Shown one piece after another: positions 41,301-56,100 of a DNA stretch of 64,000 bases (position 1 is its first letter; every line of letters starts with the position of its first letter). The notes below the pieces were generated by a model. It did not search any database. It saw only the letters and a program-made list of their open reading frames with translations, and was not told the DNA's origin. The position numbers and the translations under genes are program-made. Source of the DNA: Eledone cirrhosa (taxonomy: Eukaryota); assembly GCA_964016885.1 (NCBI GenBank), contig OZ024743.1, positions 210,242,001 to 210,306,000 on the forward strand, given 5' to 3'.

Positions 41301-44300
41301 CTTCACTCCATAAGATATACCACAATTTACCATCCTATAGCCACACATGAAAGCTCTTCACTCCATAAGATATACCACAGTTTACCATCCTATAGCCACA
41401 CATGAAAGCTCTTCACTCCATAAGATATACCACAGTTTACCATCCTATAGCCACACATGAAAGCTCTTCACTCCATGAGATATACCACAGTTTACCATCC
41501 TATAGCCACAGATGAAAGCTCTTCACCCCATAAGATATACCACAGTTTACCAACCTATAGCCACAGATGAAAGCTCTTCACCCCATGAGATATACCACAG
41601 TTTACCATCCTATAGCCACACATGAAAGCTCTTCACTCCATAAGATATACCACAGTTTACCATCCTATAGCCACACATGAAAGCTCGTCACTCCATAAGA
41701 TATACCACAGTTTACCATCCTATAGCCACACATGAAAGCTCTTCACGCAATAAGATATACCACAGTTTACCATCCTATAGCCAGAGATGAAAGCTCTTCA
41801 CTCCATAAGATATACCACAGTTTACCATGCTATAGCCACAGATGAAAGCTGTTCACTCCATAAGATATACCACAGTTTACCATCCTATAGCCACACATGA
41901 AAGCTCTTCACTCCATAAGATATACCACAGTCTACCATCCTATAGCCACACATGAAAGCTCTTCACCCCATAAGATATACCACAGTTTACCATCCTATAA
42001 CCACACATGAAAGCTCTTCACTCCATAAGATATACCACAGGTTACCATCCTATAGCCACACATGAAAGCTCTTCGCTCCATAAGATATACCACAGTTTAC
42101 CATCCTATTGCCAGATGAAAGCTCTTCACTCCATAAGATATACCACAGTTTACCATCCTATAGCCAGATGAAAGCTCTTCACTCCATAAGATATACCACA
42201 GTTTACCATCCTATAGCCACAGATGAAAGCTCTTCACTCCATAAGATATACCACAGTTTACCATTCTATAGCCACAGATGAAAGCTCTTCACTCCATAAG
42301 ATATACGACAGTTTACCATCCTATAGCCACAGATGAAAGCTCTTCACCCCATAAGATATACCACAGTTTACCATCCTATTGCCACACATTAAAGCTCTTC
42401 ACTCCATAAGATATACGACAGATTACCATCCTATAGCCACAGATGAAAGCTGTTCACTGCATAAGATATACCACAGTTTACCATCCTATAGCCAGATGAA
42501 AGCTCTTCACTCCATAAGATATACCACAGATTACCATCCTATAGCCACAGATGAAAGCTGTTCACTGCATAAGATATACCACAGTTTACCATCCTATAGC
42601 CAGATGAAAGCTCTTCACTCCATAAGATATACCACAGTTTACCATCCTATAGCCACAGATGAAAGCTCTTCACTCCATAAGATATCCCACAGTTTACCAT
42701 CCTATAGCCACAGATGAAAGCTCTTCACTGCATGAGATATACCACAGTTTAACATCCTATAGCCACAGATAAAAGCTCTTCACTCCATACGATATACCAC
42801 AGTTTACCATCCTATAGCCACAGATTAAAGCTCTTCACTCCATAAGATATACCACAGTTTACCATCCTATAGCCACAGATGAAAGCTCTTCACCCCATAA
42901 GATATACCCCAGTTTACCATCCTATAGCCACACATGAAAGCTCTTCACTCCATAAGATATACCACAGTTTACCATTCTAAAGCCACAGAGGAAAGCTCTT
43001 CACTCCATAAGATATACCACAGTTTACCATCCTATAGCCACAGATGAAAGCTCTTCACTCCATAAGATATACCACAGTTTACCATCCTATAGCCACAGAT
43101 GAAAGCTCTTCACTCCATAAGATATACCACAGTTTACCATCCTATAGCCACAGATGAAAGCTCTTCACTCCATAAGATATACCACAGTTTACCATCCTAT
43201 AGCCGCAGAAGAAAGCTCTTCACCCCATAAGATATACCACAGTTTACCATCCTATAGCCACACATGAAAGCTCTTCACTCCATAAGATATACCACAGTTT
43301 ACCATCCTATAGCCACAGATGAAAGCTCTTCACCCCATAAGATATACCACAGTTTACCATCCTATAGCCACACATGAAAGCTCTTCACTCCATAAGATAT
43401 ACCACATTTTACCATCCTATAGCCACACATGAAAGCTCTTCACTCCATAAGATATACCACAGTTTACCATCCTATAGCCACACATGAAAGCTCTTCACGC
43501 CATAAGATATACCTCAGTTTACCATCCTATAGCCACAGATCAAAGCTCTTCACTCCATAAGATATACGACAGTTTACCATCCTATAGACACACATGAAAG
43601 CTCTTCACTCCATAAGATATACCTCAGTTTACCATCCTATAGCCACAGATGAAAGCTGTTCACTCCATAAGATATACCACAGTTTACTATCCTATAGCCA
43701 CACATGAGAGCTCTTCACTCCATAAGATATACCACAGTTTACCATCCTATAGCCACAGATGAAAGCTCTTCACTCCATAAGATATACCACAGTTTACAAT
43801 CCTATAGCCACAGATGAAAGCTCTTCACTCCATAAGATATACCACAGTTTACCATCCTATAGCCACAGATGAAAGCTCTTCACTCCATAAGATATACCAC
43901 AGTTTACCATCCTATAACCACAGATGAAAGCTCTTCACTCCATAAGATATACCACAGTTTACCATCCTATAGCCACACATGAAAGCTCTTCACTCCATAA
44001 GATATACCACAGTTTACCATCCTATAGTCAAGCCACGGATGAAAGCTCTTCACTCCATAAGATATACCACAGTTTACCATCCTATAGTCACACATGAAAG
44101 CTCTTCACTCCATAAGATATAACATAGTTTACCATCCTATAGCCAGATGAAAGCTCTTCACTCCATAAGATATACCACAGTTTACCATCCTATAGCCACA
44201 GATGAAAGCTCGTCACTCCATAAGATATACCACAGTTTACCATCCTATAGCCACAGATGAAAGCTCTTCACTCCATAAGATATACCACAGTTTACCATCC

Positions 44301-46479
44301 TATAGCCACAGATGAAAGCTGTTCACTCCATAAGATATACCACAGTTTACCATCCTATAGCCACACATGAAAGCTCTTCACTCCATAAGATATACCACAG
44401 TTTACCATCCTATAGCCATGCCACGGATGAAAGCTCTTCACTCCATAAGATATACCACAGTTTACAATCCTATAGCCACAGATGAAAGCTCTTCACTCCA
44501 TAAGATATACCACAGTTTACCATCCTATAGCCACAGATGAAAGCTCTTCACTCCATAAGATATACCACAGTTTACCATCCTATAACCACAGATGAAAGCT
44601 CTTCATTCCATAAGATATACCACAGTTTACCATCCTATAGCCACACATGAAAGCTCTTCACTCCATAAGATATACCACAGTTTACCATCCTATAGTCAAG
44701 CCACGGATGAAAGCTCTTCACTCCATAAGATATACCACAGTTTACCATCCTATAGTCACACATGAAAGCTCTTCACTCCATAAGATATACCACAGTTTAC
44801 CATCCTATAGCCACAGATGAAAGCTCGTGACTCCATAAGATATACCACAGTTTACCATCCTATAGCCACAGATGAAAGCTCTTCACTCCATAAGATATAC
44901 CACAGTTTACCATCCTATAGCCACAGATGAAAGCTCGTGACTCCATAAGATATACCACAGTTTACCATCCTATAGCCACAGATGAAAGCTCTTCACTCCA
45001 TAAGATATACCACAGTTTACCATCCTATAGCCACAGATGAAAGCTGTTCACTCCATAAGATATACCACAGTTTACCATCCTATAGCCACACATGAAAGCT
45101 CTTCACTCCATAAGATATACCACAGTTTACCATCCTATAGCCACACATGAAAGCTCTTCAATCCATAAGATATACCACAGTTTACCATCCTATAGCCAGA
45201 TGAAAGCTCTTCACTCCATAAGATATACCACAGTTAACCATCCTATAGCCACAGATGAAAGCTCTTCACTCCAAAAGATATACCACAGTTTACCATCCTA
45301 TAGCCAGATGAAAGCTCTTCACTCCATAAGATATACCACAGTTTACCATCCTAAAGCCACAGATGAAAGTTATTCACTCCATAAGATATACCACAGTTTA
45401 CCATCCTATAGCCACAGATGAAAGCTGTGTACTCCATAAGATATACCACAGTTTACCATCCTATATCCAGATGAAAGCTCTTCACTCCATAAGATATACC
45501 ACAGTATACCACCCTATAGCCACAGATGAAAGCTGTTCACTCCATAAGATATACCACAGTTTACCATCCTATAGCCAGATGAAAGCTCTTCACTACATAA
45601 GATATACCACAGTTTACCATTCTAAAGCCACAGATGAAAGCTCTTCACTCCATAAGATATACCACAGTTTACCATCCTATAGCCACAGATGAAAGCTCTT
45701 CACTCCATAAGATATACCACAGTTTACCATCCTATAGCCACAGATGAAAGCTCTTCACTCCATAAGATATACCACAGTTTACCATCCTATAGCCACAGAT
45801 GAAAGCTCTTCACTCCATAAGATATACCACAGTTTACCATCCTATAGCCGCAGATGAAAGCTCTTCACCCTATAAGATATACCACAGTTTACCATCCTAT
45901 AGCCACACATGAAAGCTCTTCACTCCATAAGATATACCACAGTTTACCATCCTATAGTCAAGCCACGGATGAAAGCTCTTCACTCCATAAGATATACCAC
46001 AGTTTACCATCCTATAGTCACACATGAAAGCTCTTCACTCCATAAGATATAACACAATTTACCATCCTATAGCCAGATGAAAGCTCTTCACTCCAAAAGA
46101 TATACCACAGTTTACCATCCTATAGCCAGATGAAAGCTCTTCACTCCATAAGATATACCACAGTTTACCATCCTAAAGCCACAGATGAAAGGTATTCACT
46201 CCATAAGATATACCACAGTTTACCATCCTATAGCCACAGATGAAAGCTGTGTACTCCATAAGATATACCACAGTTTACCATCCTATATCTAGATGAAAGC
46301 TCTTCACTCCATAAGATATACCACAGTATACCATCCTATAGCCACAGATGAAAGCTGTTCACTCCATAAGATATACCACAGTTTACCATCCTATAGCCAG
46401 ATGAAAGCTCTTCACTACATAAGATATACCACAGTTTACCATTCTAAAGCCACAGATGAAAGCTGTTCACTCCATAAGA

Positions 46480-49400
46480 TATACCACAGTTTACCATCCT
46501 ATAGTCAAGCCACGGATGAAAGCTCTTCACTCCATAAGATATACCACAGTTTACCATCCTATAGTCACACATGAAAGCTCTTCACTCCATAAGATATAAC
46601 ACAGTTTACCATCCTATAGCCAGATGAAAGCTCTTCACTCCATAAGATATACCACAGTTTACCATCCTATAGCCACAGATGAAAGCTCGTCACTCCATAA
46701 GAAATACCACAGTTTACCATCCTATAGCCACAGATGAAAGCTCTTCACTCCATAAGATATACCACAGTTTACCATCCTATAGCCACAGATGAAAGCTCTT
46801 CACTCCATAAGATATACCACAGTTTACCATCCTATAGCCACACATGAAAGCTCTTCACTCCATAAGATATACCACAGTTTACCATCCTATAGCCACAGAT
46901 GAAAGCTCTTCACTCCATAAGATATACCACAGTTTACCATCCTATAGCCACAGATGAAAGCTCTTCACTCCATAAGATATACCACAGTTTACCATTCTAT
47001 AGCCACAGATGAAAGCTCTTCACTCCATAAGATATACGACAGTTTACCATCCTATAGCCACAGATGAAAGCTCTTCACCCCATAAGATATACCACAGTTT
47101 ACCATCCTATTGCCACACATTAAAGCTCTTCACTCCATAAGATATACGACAGATTACCATCCTATAGCCACAGATGAAAGCTGTTCACTGCATAAGATAT
47201 ACCACAGTTTACCATCCTATAGCCAGATGAAAGCTCTTCACTCCATAAGATATACCACAGATTACCATCCTATAGCCACAGATGAAAGCTGTTCACTGCA
47301 TAAGATATACCACAGTTTACCATCCTATAGCCAGATGAAAGCTCTTCACTCCATAAGATATACCACAGTTTACCATCCTATAGCCACAGATGAAAGCTCT
47401 TCACTCCATAAGATATCCCACAGTTTACCATCCTATAGCCACAGATGAAAGCTCTTCACTGCATGAGATATACCACAGTTTAACATCCTATAGCCACAGA
47501 TAAAAGCTCTTCACTCCATACGATATACCACAGTTTACCATCCTATAGCCACAGATTAAAGCTCTTCACTCCATAAGATATACCACAGTTTACCATCCTA
47601 TAGCCACAGATGAAAGCTCTTCACCCCATAAGATATACCCCAGTTTACCATCCTATAGCCACACATGAAAGCTCTTCACTCCATAAGATATACCACAGTT
47701 TACCATTCTAAAGCCACAGATGAAAGCTCTTCACTCCATAAGATATACCACAGTTTACCATCCTATAGCCACAGATGAAAGCTCTTCACTCCATAAGATA
47801 TACCACAGTTTACCATCCTATAGCCACAGATGAAAGCTCTTCACTCCATAAGATATACCACAGTTTACCATCCTATAGCCACAGATGAAAGCTCTTCACT
47901 CCATAAGATATACCACAGTTTACCATCCTATAGCCGCAGAAGAAAGCTCTTCACCCCATAAGATATACCACAGTTTACCATCCTATAGCCACACATGAAA
48001 GCTCTTCACTCCATAAGATATACCACAGTTTACCATCCTATAGCCACAGATGAAAGCTCTTCACCCCATAAGATATACCACAGTTTACCATCCTATAGCC
48101 ACACATGAAAGCTCTTCACTCCATAAGATATACCACATTTTACCATCCTATAGCCACACATGAAAGCTCTTCACTCCATAAGATATACCACAGTTTACCA
48201 TCCTATAGCCACACATGAAAGCTCTTCACGCCATAAGATATACCTCAGTTTACCATCCTATAGCCACAGATCAAAGCTCTTCACTCCATAAGATATACGA
48301 CAGTTTACCATCCTATAGACACACATGAAAGCTCTTCACTCCATAAGATATACCTCAGTTTACCATCCTATAGCCACAGATGAAAGCTGTTCACTCCATA
48401 AGATATACCACAGTTTACTATCCTATAGCCACACATGAGAGCTCTTCACTCCATAAGATATACCACAGTTTACCATCCTATAGCCACAGATGAAAGCTCT
48501 TCACTCCATAAGATATACCACAGTTTACAATCCTATAGCCACAGATGAAAGCTCTTCACTCCATAAGATATACCACAGTTTACCATCCTATAGCCACAGA
48601 TGAAAGCTCTTCACTCCATAAGATATACCACAGTTTACCATCCTATAACCACAGATGAAAGCTCTTCACTCCATAAGATATACCACAGTTTACCATCCTA
48701 TAGCCACACATGAAAGCTCTTCACTCCATAAGATATACCACAGTTTACCATCCTATAGTCAAGCCACGGATGAAAGCTCTTCACTCCATAAGATATACCA
48801 CAGTTTACCATCCTATAGTCACACATGAAAGCTCTTCACTCCATAAGATATAACACAGTTTACCATCCTATAGCCAGATGAAAGCTCTTCACTCCATAAG
48901 ATATACCACAGTTTACCATCCTATAGCCACAGATGAAAGCTCGTCACTCCATAAGAAATACCACAGTTTACCATCCTATAGCCACAGATGAAAGCTCTTC
49001 ACTCCATAAGATATACCACAGTTTACCATCCTATAGCCACAGATGAAAGCTCTTCACTCCATAAGATATACCACAGTTTACCATCCTATAGCCACACATG
49101 AAAGCTCTTCACTCCATAAGATATACCACAGTTTACCATCCTATAGCCACAGATGAAAGCTCTTCACTCCATAAGATATACCACAGTTTACCATCCTATA
49201 GCCACAGATGAAAGCTCTTCACTCCATAAGATATACCACAGTTTACCATTCTATAGCCACAGATGAAAGCTCTTCACTCCATAAGATATACGACAGTTTA
49301 CCATCCTATAGCCACAGATGAAAGCTCTTCACCCCATAAGATATACCACAGTTTACCATCCTATTGCCACACATTAAAGCTCTTCACTCCATAAGATATA

Positions 49401-51200
49401 CGACAGATTACCATCCTATAGCCACAGATGAAAGCTGTTCACTGCATAAGATATACCACAGTTTACCATCCTATAGCCAGATGAAAGCTCTTCACTCCAT
49501 AAGATATACCACAGATTACCATCCTATAGCCACAGATGAAAGCTGTTCACTGCATAAGATATACCACAGTTTACCATCCTATAGCCAGATGAAAGCTCTT
49601 CACTCCATAAGATATACCACAGTTTACCATCCTATAGCCACAGATGAAAGCTCTTCACTCCATAAGATATCCCACAGTTTACCATCCTATAGCCACAGAT
49701 GAAAGCTCTTCACTGCATGAGATATACCACAGTTTAACATCCTATAGCCACAGATAAAAGCTCTTCACTCCATACGATATACCACAGTTTACCATCCTAT
49801 AGCCACAGATTAAAGCTCTTCACTCCATAAGATATACCACAGTTTACCATCCTATAGCCACAGATGAAAGCTCTTCACCCCATAAGATATACCCCAGTTT
49901 ACCATCCTATAGCCACACATGAAAGCTCTTCACTCCATAAGATATACCACAGTTTACCATTCTAAAGCCACAGATGAAAGCTCTTCACTCCATAAGATAT
50001 ACCACAGTTTACCATCCTATAGCCACAGATGAAAGCTCTTCACTCCATAAGATATACCACAGTTTACCATCCTATAGCCACAGATGAAAGCTCTTCACTC
50101 CATAAGATATACCACAGTTTACCATCCTATAGCCACAGATGAAAGCTCTTCACTCCATAAGATATACCACAGTTTACCATCCTATAGCCGCAGAAGAAAG
50201 CTCTTCACCCCATAAGATATACCACAGTTTACCATCCTATAGCCACACATGAAAGCTCTTCACTCCATAAGATATACCACAGTTTACCATCCTATAGCCA
50301 CAGATGAAAGCTCTTCACCCCATAAGATATACCACAGTTTACCATCCTATAGCCACACATGAAAGCTCTTCACTCCATAAGATATACCACATTTTACCAT
50401 CCTATAGCCACACATGAAAGCTCTTCACTCCATAAGATATACCACAGTTTACCATCCTATAGCCACACATGAAAGCTCTTCACGCCATAAGATATACCTC
50501 AGTTTACCATCCTATAGCCACAGATCAAAGCTCTTCACTCCATAAGATATACGACAGTTTACCATCCTATAGACACACATGAAAGCTCTTCACTCCATAA
50601 GATATACCTCAGTTTACCATCCTATAGCCACAGATGAAAGCTGTTCACTCCATAAGATATACCACAGTTTACTATCCTATAGCCACACATGAGAGCTCTT
50701 CACTCCATAAGATATACCACAGTTTACCATCCTATAGCCACAGATGAAAGCTCTTCACTCCATAAGATATACCACAGTTTACAATCCTATAGCCACAGAT
50801 GAAAGCTCTTCACTCCATAAGATATACCACAGTTTACCATCCTATAGCCACAGATGAAAGCTCTTCACTCCATAAGATATACCACAGTTTACCATCCTAT
50901 AACCACAGATGAAAGCTCTTCACTCCATAAGATATACCACAGTTTACCATCCTATAGCCACACATGAAAGCTCTTCACTCCATAAGATATACCACAGTTT
51001 ACCATCCTATAGTCAAGCCACGGATGAAAGCTCTTCACTCCATAAGATATACCACAGTTTACCATCCTATAGTCACACATGAAAGCTCTTCACTCCATAA
51101 GATATAACACAGTTTACCATCCTATAGCCAGATGAAAGCTCTTCACTCCATAAGATATACCACAGTTTACCATCCTATAGCCACAGATGAAAGCTCGTCA
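46480..51200. repeat. Near-exact tandem duplication of a 2,254-bp (41-monomer) unit
   Basis: GTCAAGCCACGG occurs at 46504, 48758 and 51012 (period 2254), with identical ORFs at 47110/49364. 41x55 - 3x2 + 5 = 2254, matching three 53-mers and one 60-mer per unit. Confidence 0.9.
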
Positions 51201-53100
51201 CTCCATAAGATATACCACAGTTTACCATCCTATAGCCACAGATGAAAGCTCTTCACTCCATAAGATATACCACAGTTTACCATCCTATAGCCACAGATGA
51301 AAGCTGTTCACTCCATAAGATATACCACAGTTTACCATCCTATAGCCACACATGAAAGCTCTTCACTCCATAAGATATACCACAGTTTACCATCCTATAG
51401 CCACACATGAAAGCTCTTCAATCCATAAGATATACCACAGTTTACCATCCTATAGCCAGATGAAAGCTCTTCACTCCATAAGATATACCACAGTTAACCA
51501 TCCTATAGCCACAGATGAAAGCTCTTCACTCCAAAAGATATACCACAGTTTACCATCCTATAGCCAGATGAAAGCTCTTCACTCCATAAGATATACCACA
51601 GTTTACCATCCTAAAGCCACAGATGAAAGGTATTCACTCCATAAGATATACCACAGTTTACCATCCTATAGCCACAGATGAAAGCTGTGTACTCCATAAG
51701 ATATACCACAGTTTACCATCCTATATCCAGATGAAAGCTCTTCACTCCATAAGATATACCACAGTATACCATCCTATAGCCACAGATGAAAGCTGTTCAC
51801 TCCATAAGATATACCACAGTTTACCATCCTATAGCCAGATGAAAGCTCTTCACTACATAAGATATACCACAGTTTACCATTCTAAAGCCACAGATGAAAG
51901 CTCTTCACTCCATAAGATATACCACAGTTTACCATCCTATAGCCACAGATGAAAGCTCTTCACTCCATAAGATATACCACAGTTTACCATCCTATAGCCA
52001 CAGATGAAAGCTCTTCACTCCATAAGATATACCACAGTTTACCATCCTATAGCCACAGATGAAAGCTCTTCTCTCCATAAGATATACCACAGTTTACCAT
52101 CCTATAGCCGCAGATGAAAGCTCTTCACCCCATAAGATATACCACAGTTTACCATCCTATAGCCACACATGAAAGCTCTTCACTCCATAAGATATACCAC
52201 AGTTTACCATCCTATAGTCAAGCCACGGATGAAAGCTCTTCACTCCATAAGATATACCACAGTTTACCATCCTATAGTCACACATGAAAGCTCTTCACTC
52301 CATAAGATATAACACAATTTACCATCCTATAGCCAGATGAAAGCTCTTCACTCCAAAAGATATACCACAGTTTACCATCCTATAGCCAGATGAAAGCTCT
52401 TCACTCCATAAGATATACCACAGTTTACCATCCTAAAGCCACAGATGAAAGGTATTCACTCCATAAGATATACCACAGTTTACCATCCTATAGCCACAGA
52501 TGAAAGCTGTGTACTCCATAAGATATACCACAGTTTACCATCCTATATCTAGATGAAAGCTCTTCACTCCATAAGATATACCACAGTATACCATCCTATA
52601 GCCACAGATGAAAGCTGTTCACTCCATAAGATATACCACAGTTTACCATCCTATAGCCAGATGAAAGCTCTTCACTACATAAGATATACCACAGTTTACC
52701 ATTCTAAAGCCACAGATGAAAGCTCTTCACTCCATAAGATATACCACAGTTTACCATCCTATAGTCAAGCCACGGATGAAAGCTCTTCACTCCATAAGAT
52801 ATACCACAGTTTACCATCCTATAGTCACACATGAAAGCTCTTCACTCCATAAGATATAACACAGTTTACCATCCTATAGCCAGATGAAAGCTCTTCACTC
52901 CATAAGATATACCACAGTTTACCATCCTATAGCCACAGATGAAAGCTCGTCACTCCATAAGAAATACCACAGTTTACCATCCTATAGCCACAGATGAAAG
53001 CTCTTCACTCCATAAGATATACCACAGTTTACCATCCTATAGCCACAGATGAAAGCTCTTCACTCCATAAGATATACCACAGTTTACCATCCTATAGCCA
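51190..53100. repeat. Dispersed copy of ~44930-46840 (offset 6,260 bp)
   Basis: ORF pairs 45092/51352, 45363/51623 and 46293/52553 all have offset 6260. Shared rare variants: GGTATTCAC, CAGTATACC, TATATCTAG and AACACAATTT. Confidence 0.85.
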
Positions 53101-56100
53101 CACATGAAAGCTCTTCACTCCATAAGATATACCACAGTTTACCATCCTATAGCCACACATGAAAGCTCTTCAATCCATAAGATATACCACAGTTTACCAT
53201 CCTATAGCCAGATGAAAGCTCTTCACTCCATAAGATATACCACAGTTAACCATCCTATAGCCACAGATGAAAGCTCTTCACTCCAAAAGATATACCACAG
53301 TTTACCATCCTATAGCCACAGATGAAAGCTGTTCACTCCATAAGATATACCACAGTTTACCATCCTATAGCCACACATGAAAGCTCTTCACTCCATAAGA
53401 TATACCACAGTTTACCACCCTATAGCCACAGATGAAAGCTGTTCACTCCATAATATATACCACAGTTTACCATCCTATAGCCAGATGAAAGCTCTTCACT
53501 CCATAAGATATACCACAGTTTACCATCCTATAGCCACAGATGAAAGCTGTTCACTCCATAAGATATACGACAGTTTACCATCCTATAGCCAGATAAAAGC
53601 TCTTCACTCCATAAGATATACCACAGTTTACCATCCTATAGCCACAGATGAAAGCTGTTCACTCCATAAGATATACCACAGTTTACCATCCTATAGCCAG
53701 ATGAAAGCTCTTCACTCCATAAGATATACCACAGTTTACCATCCTAAAGCCACAGATGAAAGCTCTTCACTCCATAAGATATACCACAGTTTACCATCCT
53801 ATAGCCACAGATGAAAGCTGTGTACTCCATAAGATATACCACAGTTTACCATCCTATATCCAGATGAAAGCTCTTCACTCCATAAGATATACCACAGTTT
53901 ACCATCCTATAGCCACAGATGAAAGCTGTTCACTCCATAAGATATACCACAGTTTACCATCCTATAGCCAGATGAAAGCTCTTCACTACATAAGATATAC
54001 CACAGTTTACCATTCTAAAGCCACAGATGAAAGCTCTTCACTCCATAAGATATACCACAGTTTACCATCCTATAGCCACAGATGAAAGCTCTTCACTCCA
54101 TAAGATATACCACAGTTTACCATCCTATAGCCACAGATGAAATCTCTTCACTCCATAAGATATACCACAGTTTACCATCCTATAGCCACAGATGAAAGCT
54201 CTTCACTCCATAAGATATACCACAGTTTACCATCCTATAGCCGCAGATGAAAGCTCTTCACCCCATAAGATATACCACAGTTTACCATCCTATAGCCACA
54301 CATGAAAGCTCTTCACTCCATAAGATATACCACAGTTTACCATCCTATAGCCACAGATGAAAGCTCTTCACCCCATAAGATATACCACAGTTTACCATCC
54401 TATAGCCACACATGAAAGCTCTTCACTCCATAAGATATACCACATTTTACCATCCTATAGCCACACATGAAAGCTCTTCACTCCATAAGATATACCACAG
54501 TTTACCATCCTATAGCCACACATGAAAGCTCTTCACGCCATAAGATATACCTCAGTTTACCATCCTATAGCCACAGATCAAAGCTCTTCACTCCATAAGA
54601 TATACGACAGTTTACCATCCTATAGCCACAAATGAAAGCTCTTCACTCCATTAGATATACCTCAGTTTACCATCCTATAGCCACAGATGAAAGCTGTTCA
54701 CTCCATAAGATATACCACAGTTTACTATCGTATAGCCACACATGAGAGCTCTTCACTCCATAAGATATACCACAGTTTACCATCCTATGGCCACACATGA
54801 AAGCTCTTCACCCCATAAGATATACCACAGTTTACCACCCTATAGCCAGATGAAAGCTCTTCACTCCGTAAAATATACCACAGTTTACCATCCTATAGCC
54901 ACACATGAAAGCTCTTCACTCCATAAGATATACCACAGTTTACCATCCTATAGCCAGAGATGAAAGCTGTTCACTCCATAAGATATACCACAGTTTACCA
55001 TCCTATAGCCAGAAATGAAAGCTGTTCACTCCATAAGATATACCACAGTTTACCATCCTATAGCCAGATGAAAGCTCTTCACTCCATAAGATATACCACA
55101 GTTTACCATCCTAAAGCCACAGATGAAAGCTCTTCACTCCATAAGATATACCACAGTTTACCATCCTATAGCCACACATGAAAGCTCTTCATTCCATAAG
55201 ATATACCACAGTTTCCATCCTATAGCCAGATGAAAGCTCTTCACTCCATAAGATATACCACAGTTTACCATCCTATAGCAAGATGAAAGCTCTTCACTCC
55301 ATAAGATATACGACAGTTTACCATCCTATAGCCACACATGAAAACTCTTCAATCCATAAGATATACCTCAGTTTACCATCTTATAGCCACAGATGAAAGC
55401 TCTTCACTCCATAAGATATACCACGGTTTACCATCCTATAGCCACACATGAAAGCTCTTCACGCCATAAGATATACCTCAGTTTACCATCCTATAGCCAC
55501 AGATGAAAGCTCTCCACTCCATAAGATATACCACAGTTTACCATCCTATATCCACACATGAGAGCTCTTCACTCCATAAGATATACCACAGTTTACCATC
55601 CTATAGCAACAGATGAAAGCTCATCACTCCATAAGATATACCACAGTTTACCATCCTATAGCCACAGATGAAAGCTCTTCACTCCATAAGATATACCACA
55701 GTTTACCATCCTATAGCCACACATGAAAGCTCTTCACTCCATAAGATATACCACAGTTTACCATCCTATGGCCACACATGAAAGCTCTTCACCCCATAAG
55801 ATATACCACAGTTTACCATCCTATAGCCACACATGAAAGCTCTTCACTCCATAAGATATACCACAGTTTACCATCCTATAGCCACAGATGAAAGCTCTTT
55901 ACCCCATAAGATATACCACAGTTTACCATCCTATAGCCACACATGAAAGCTCTTCACGCCATAAGATATACCACGGTTTACCATCCTATAGCCAGATGAA
56001 AGCTCTTCACTCCATAAGATATACCACAGTTTACAATCCTATAGCCACAGATGAAAGCTCTTCACTCCATAAGATATACCACAGTTTACCATCCTATAGC

